A program made the position numbers and the translations under genes. Below the pieces are notes generated by a model. The model was not told the DNA's origin. It did not search any database and saw only the letters and a program-made list of their open reading frames with translations. DNA of 64,000 nt from Octopus bimaculoides (Eukaryota). Position 1 is the first letter of the stretch, and each line of letters opens with the position of its first letter. This document shows positions 62,660-64,000 of the stretch, piece after piece. The stretch lies in assembly GCF_001194135.2 (NCBI RefSeq), contig NC_069001.1, positions 35,494,167 to 35,558,166 of the forward strand, read 5' to 3'.

Positions 62660-62686
62660 GTAAGGTGTCTCTTATTTCAAACATCT
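62649..62686 (-). CDS. Possible antisense 38-nt exon (xMFEIRDTLPEKQ)
   Basis: Minus strand: CTGAC branch point, TCTTCTTATTTCAG| acceptor, CAG|GTAAGC donor, single open frame. Confidence 0.33.
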
Positions 62687-62739
62687 CTGAAAATAAGAAG
62701 ATTATTTGTCAGTAGGGAAAATGACAACAATGCCATTGT

Positions 62740-63100
62740 TTGTGTGGTAAGTAGCTTGCTTACCAACCACATGGTTCCGGGTTCAGTCCCACTGCATGGC
62801 ACTTTGGGCAAGTGTCTTCTGTTATAGCCTTGGGGCGACCAAAGCCTTGTGAGTGGATTTGGTAGACGGAAACTGAAAGGAGCCCATCGTATATATGTAT
62901 ATATATATATATATGTATGTGTTTGTTCCCCAACATCGCTTGACAACCGATGCTGGTGTGTCTACGGTTCAACAACAGAGTTCGATAGAGTAAGTACAAG
63001 GCTTACAAAGAATAAGTCCTGGGGTTGATTTGCTCAGCTAAAGGCGGTGCTCCAGCATGGTCGCAGTCAAATGACTGAAACAAGTAAAAGAGTAAAAGAG
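62740..63100 (+). mobile_element. Full-length, young-looking SINE family A
   Basis: Head TGTGTGGTAAGTAGCTTGCTTACCAACCACATGGTTCCGGGTTCAGTCCC; tail AACAAGTAAAAGAGTAAAAGAG. Confidence 0.9.
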
Positions 63101-63199
63101 CTCAGGGATTTCTGAGATGATGATGATTACGCTAAGTATACCAGGGTGTATGTGTGTGTGTCTGTCTGTCTATCTGTCTGCCTTTCTGTCTGTCTGCAG

Positions 63200-63284
63200 A
63201 TGAATGTTGGCATGGGAGATTAAGAGAATTCTACCTAATGGTACCAATTGAAGTGGGGTCAATGTCTGAGAGAGAATCAGATCG
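63200..63284 (+). CDS. Candidate internal exon: xECWHGRLREFYLMVPIEVGSMSERESD(R)
   Basis: CTGCCTTTCTGTCTGTCTGCAG| acceptor, TCG|GTAAGT donor, only one open frame, phase 1 start matching the phase 1 end of 59337-59408. Confidence 0.6.
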
Positions 63285-63429
63285 GTAAGTGAAACCGGTG
63301 CCACACACTCAACCTTTAGCTCTTCAATTCGAGAGGTCAAGAAATAACAGAACAGACATAAATGAGGAAACTATAAAGCTATGTTTATTCAAAGTTACTA
63401 AAAGAGATGGCATTATTTCCTCTCTCACT

Positions 63430-63480
<51 letters not shown>

Positions 63481-63645
63481 CATGGACAGAATGAGAGGCA
63501 CACATTCTTTGGTAAAGACATACATCTTCTCTTGACATTCTCTCTTCAACTCCTTGCCATATTCTTTCTGGAAGCACCAATGTTAATTGGACAATTACCT
63601 AGCTAAGAGATGTAAGACGTAGCTTTTTTGTTTTGTTTTATCTAT

Positions 63646-63689
<44 letters not shown>

Positions 63690-64000
63690 CATCATTTAAC
63701 GTCCATGTTCCATGCTAGCATGGGTGAAAGTCATAAATGACAGAAAGATGTTTACACAGACACATACATGCTCACACACATATACATATATGTATATACA
63801 TCGATATATATGTATATATATATATATGTGTGTGTGTGAGTACACATACACACACGCACACACACACACATATATATACATATATACACATATACGCAAT
63901 GTGTGTGTATGTATGTGTGTCTGTTACATATGTGCATGTGTATGTGTGTGTGCGTGTGTGTGTACAGCCAGAAATATGTTGCTGTTTGAGTGCTCTAATA

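Noticed and set aside
63200-63284. FYLMVP and GFVQI faintly recall cGAS/Mab21-like FYLVPK and GFV motifs
   Set aside because: Only 3-5 residue similarities, no GS or catalytic acidic motif is seen and the spacing is unverified; needs an HMM search.
2360-63937. Most ORFs in the supplied track (poly-I/Y/C/V/H/T/M/S or X-filled)
   Set aside because: They are translations of (TA)n, (CA)n, (ATT)n, (GAT)n and (CT)n microsatellites or read through N-gaps; they are not evidence of genes.

Overview
AT-rich, repeat-saturated animal genomic DNA from a gapped short-read scaffold (12 N-runs, about 4.2 kb in total). I recognise the interspersed repeats as typical of octopus/coleoid cephalopod genomes; this is an inference, not a database result. 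Nearly all ORFs in the supplied track are artefacts of microsatellites or N-runs. What can be supported: (1) at least three tRNA-derived SINE families plus a shared (GAT)n-tailed 3' module, in dozens of copies; (2) non-LTR retrotransposon fragments, namely RTE-like RT pieces, an R4/Dong-like restriction-like endonuclease sitting in a (TAA)n array, and an FMDD-type RT fragment; (3) DNA-transposon derivatives (a hAT/Charlie MITE with a perfect 8-bp TSD nested in a SINE, a mariner deletion derivative, a Helentron/HINE-like element); (4) three copies of a Penelope-like repeat carrying a decayed minimal hammerhead ribozyme; (5) two long fold-back hairpins; (6) a few widely spaced plus-strand exon candidates of an unidentified gene with very long introns, containing recursive-splice-like AG|GTAAGT sites and a self-sequestered 5' splice site. 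No rRNA, intact tRNA, CRISPR array or prokaryotic system was found. I did not find a clearly novel system; the best leads are the hammerhead repeats, the splice-signal oddities, the dsRNA fold-backs and the orphan exons.
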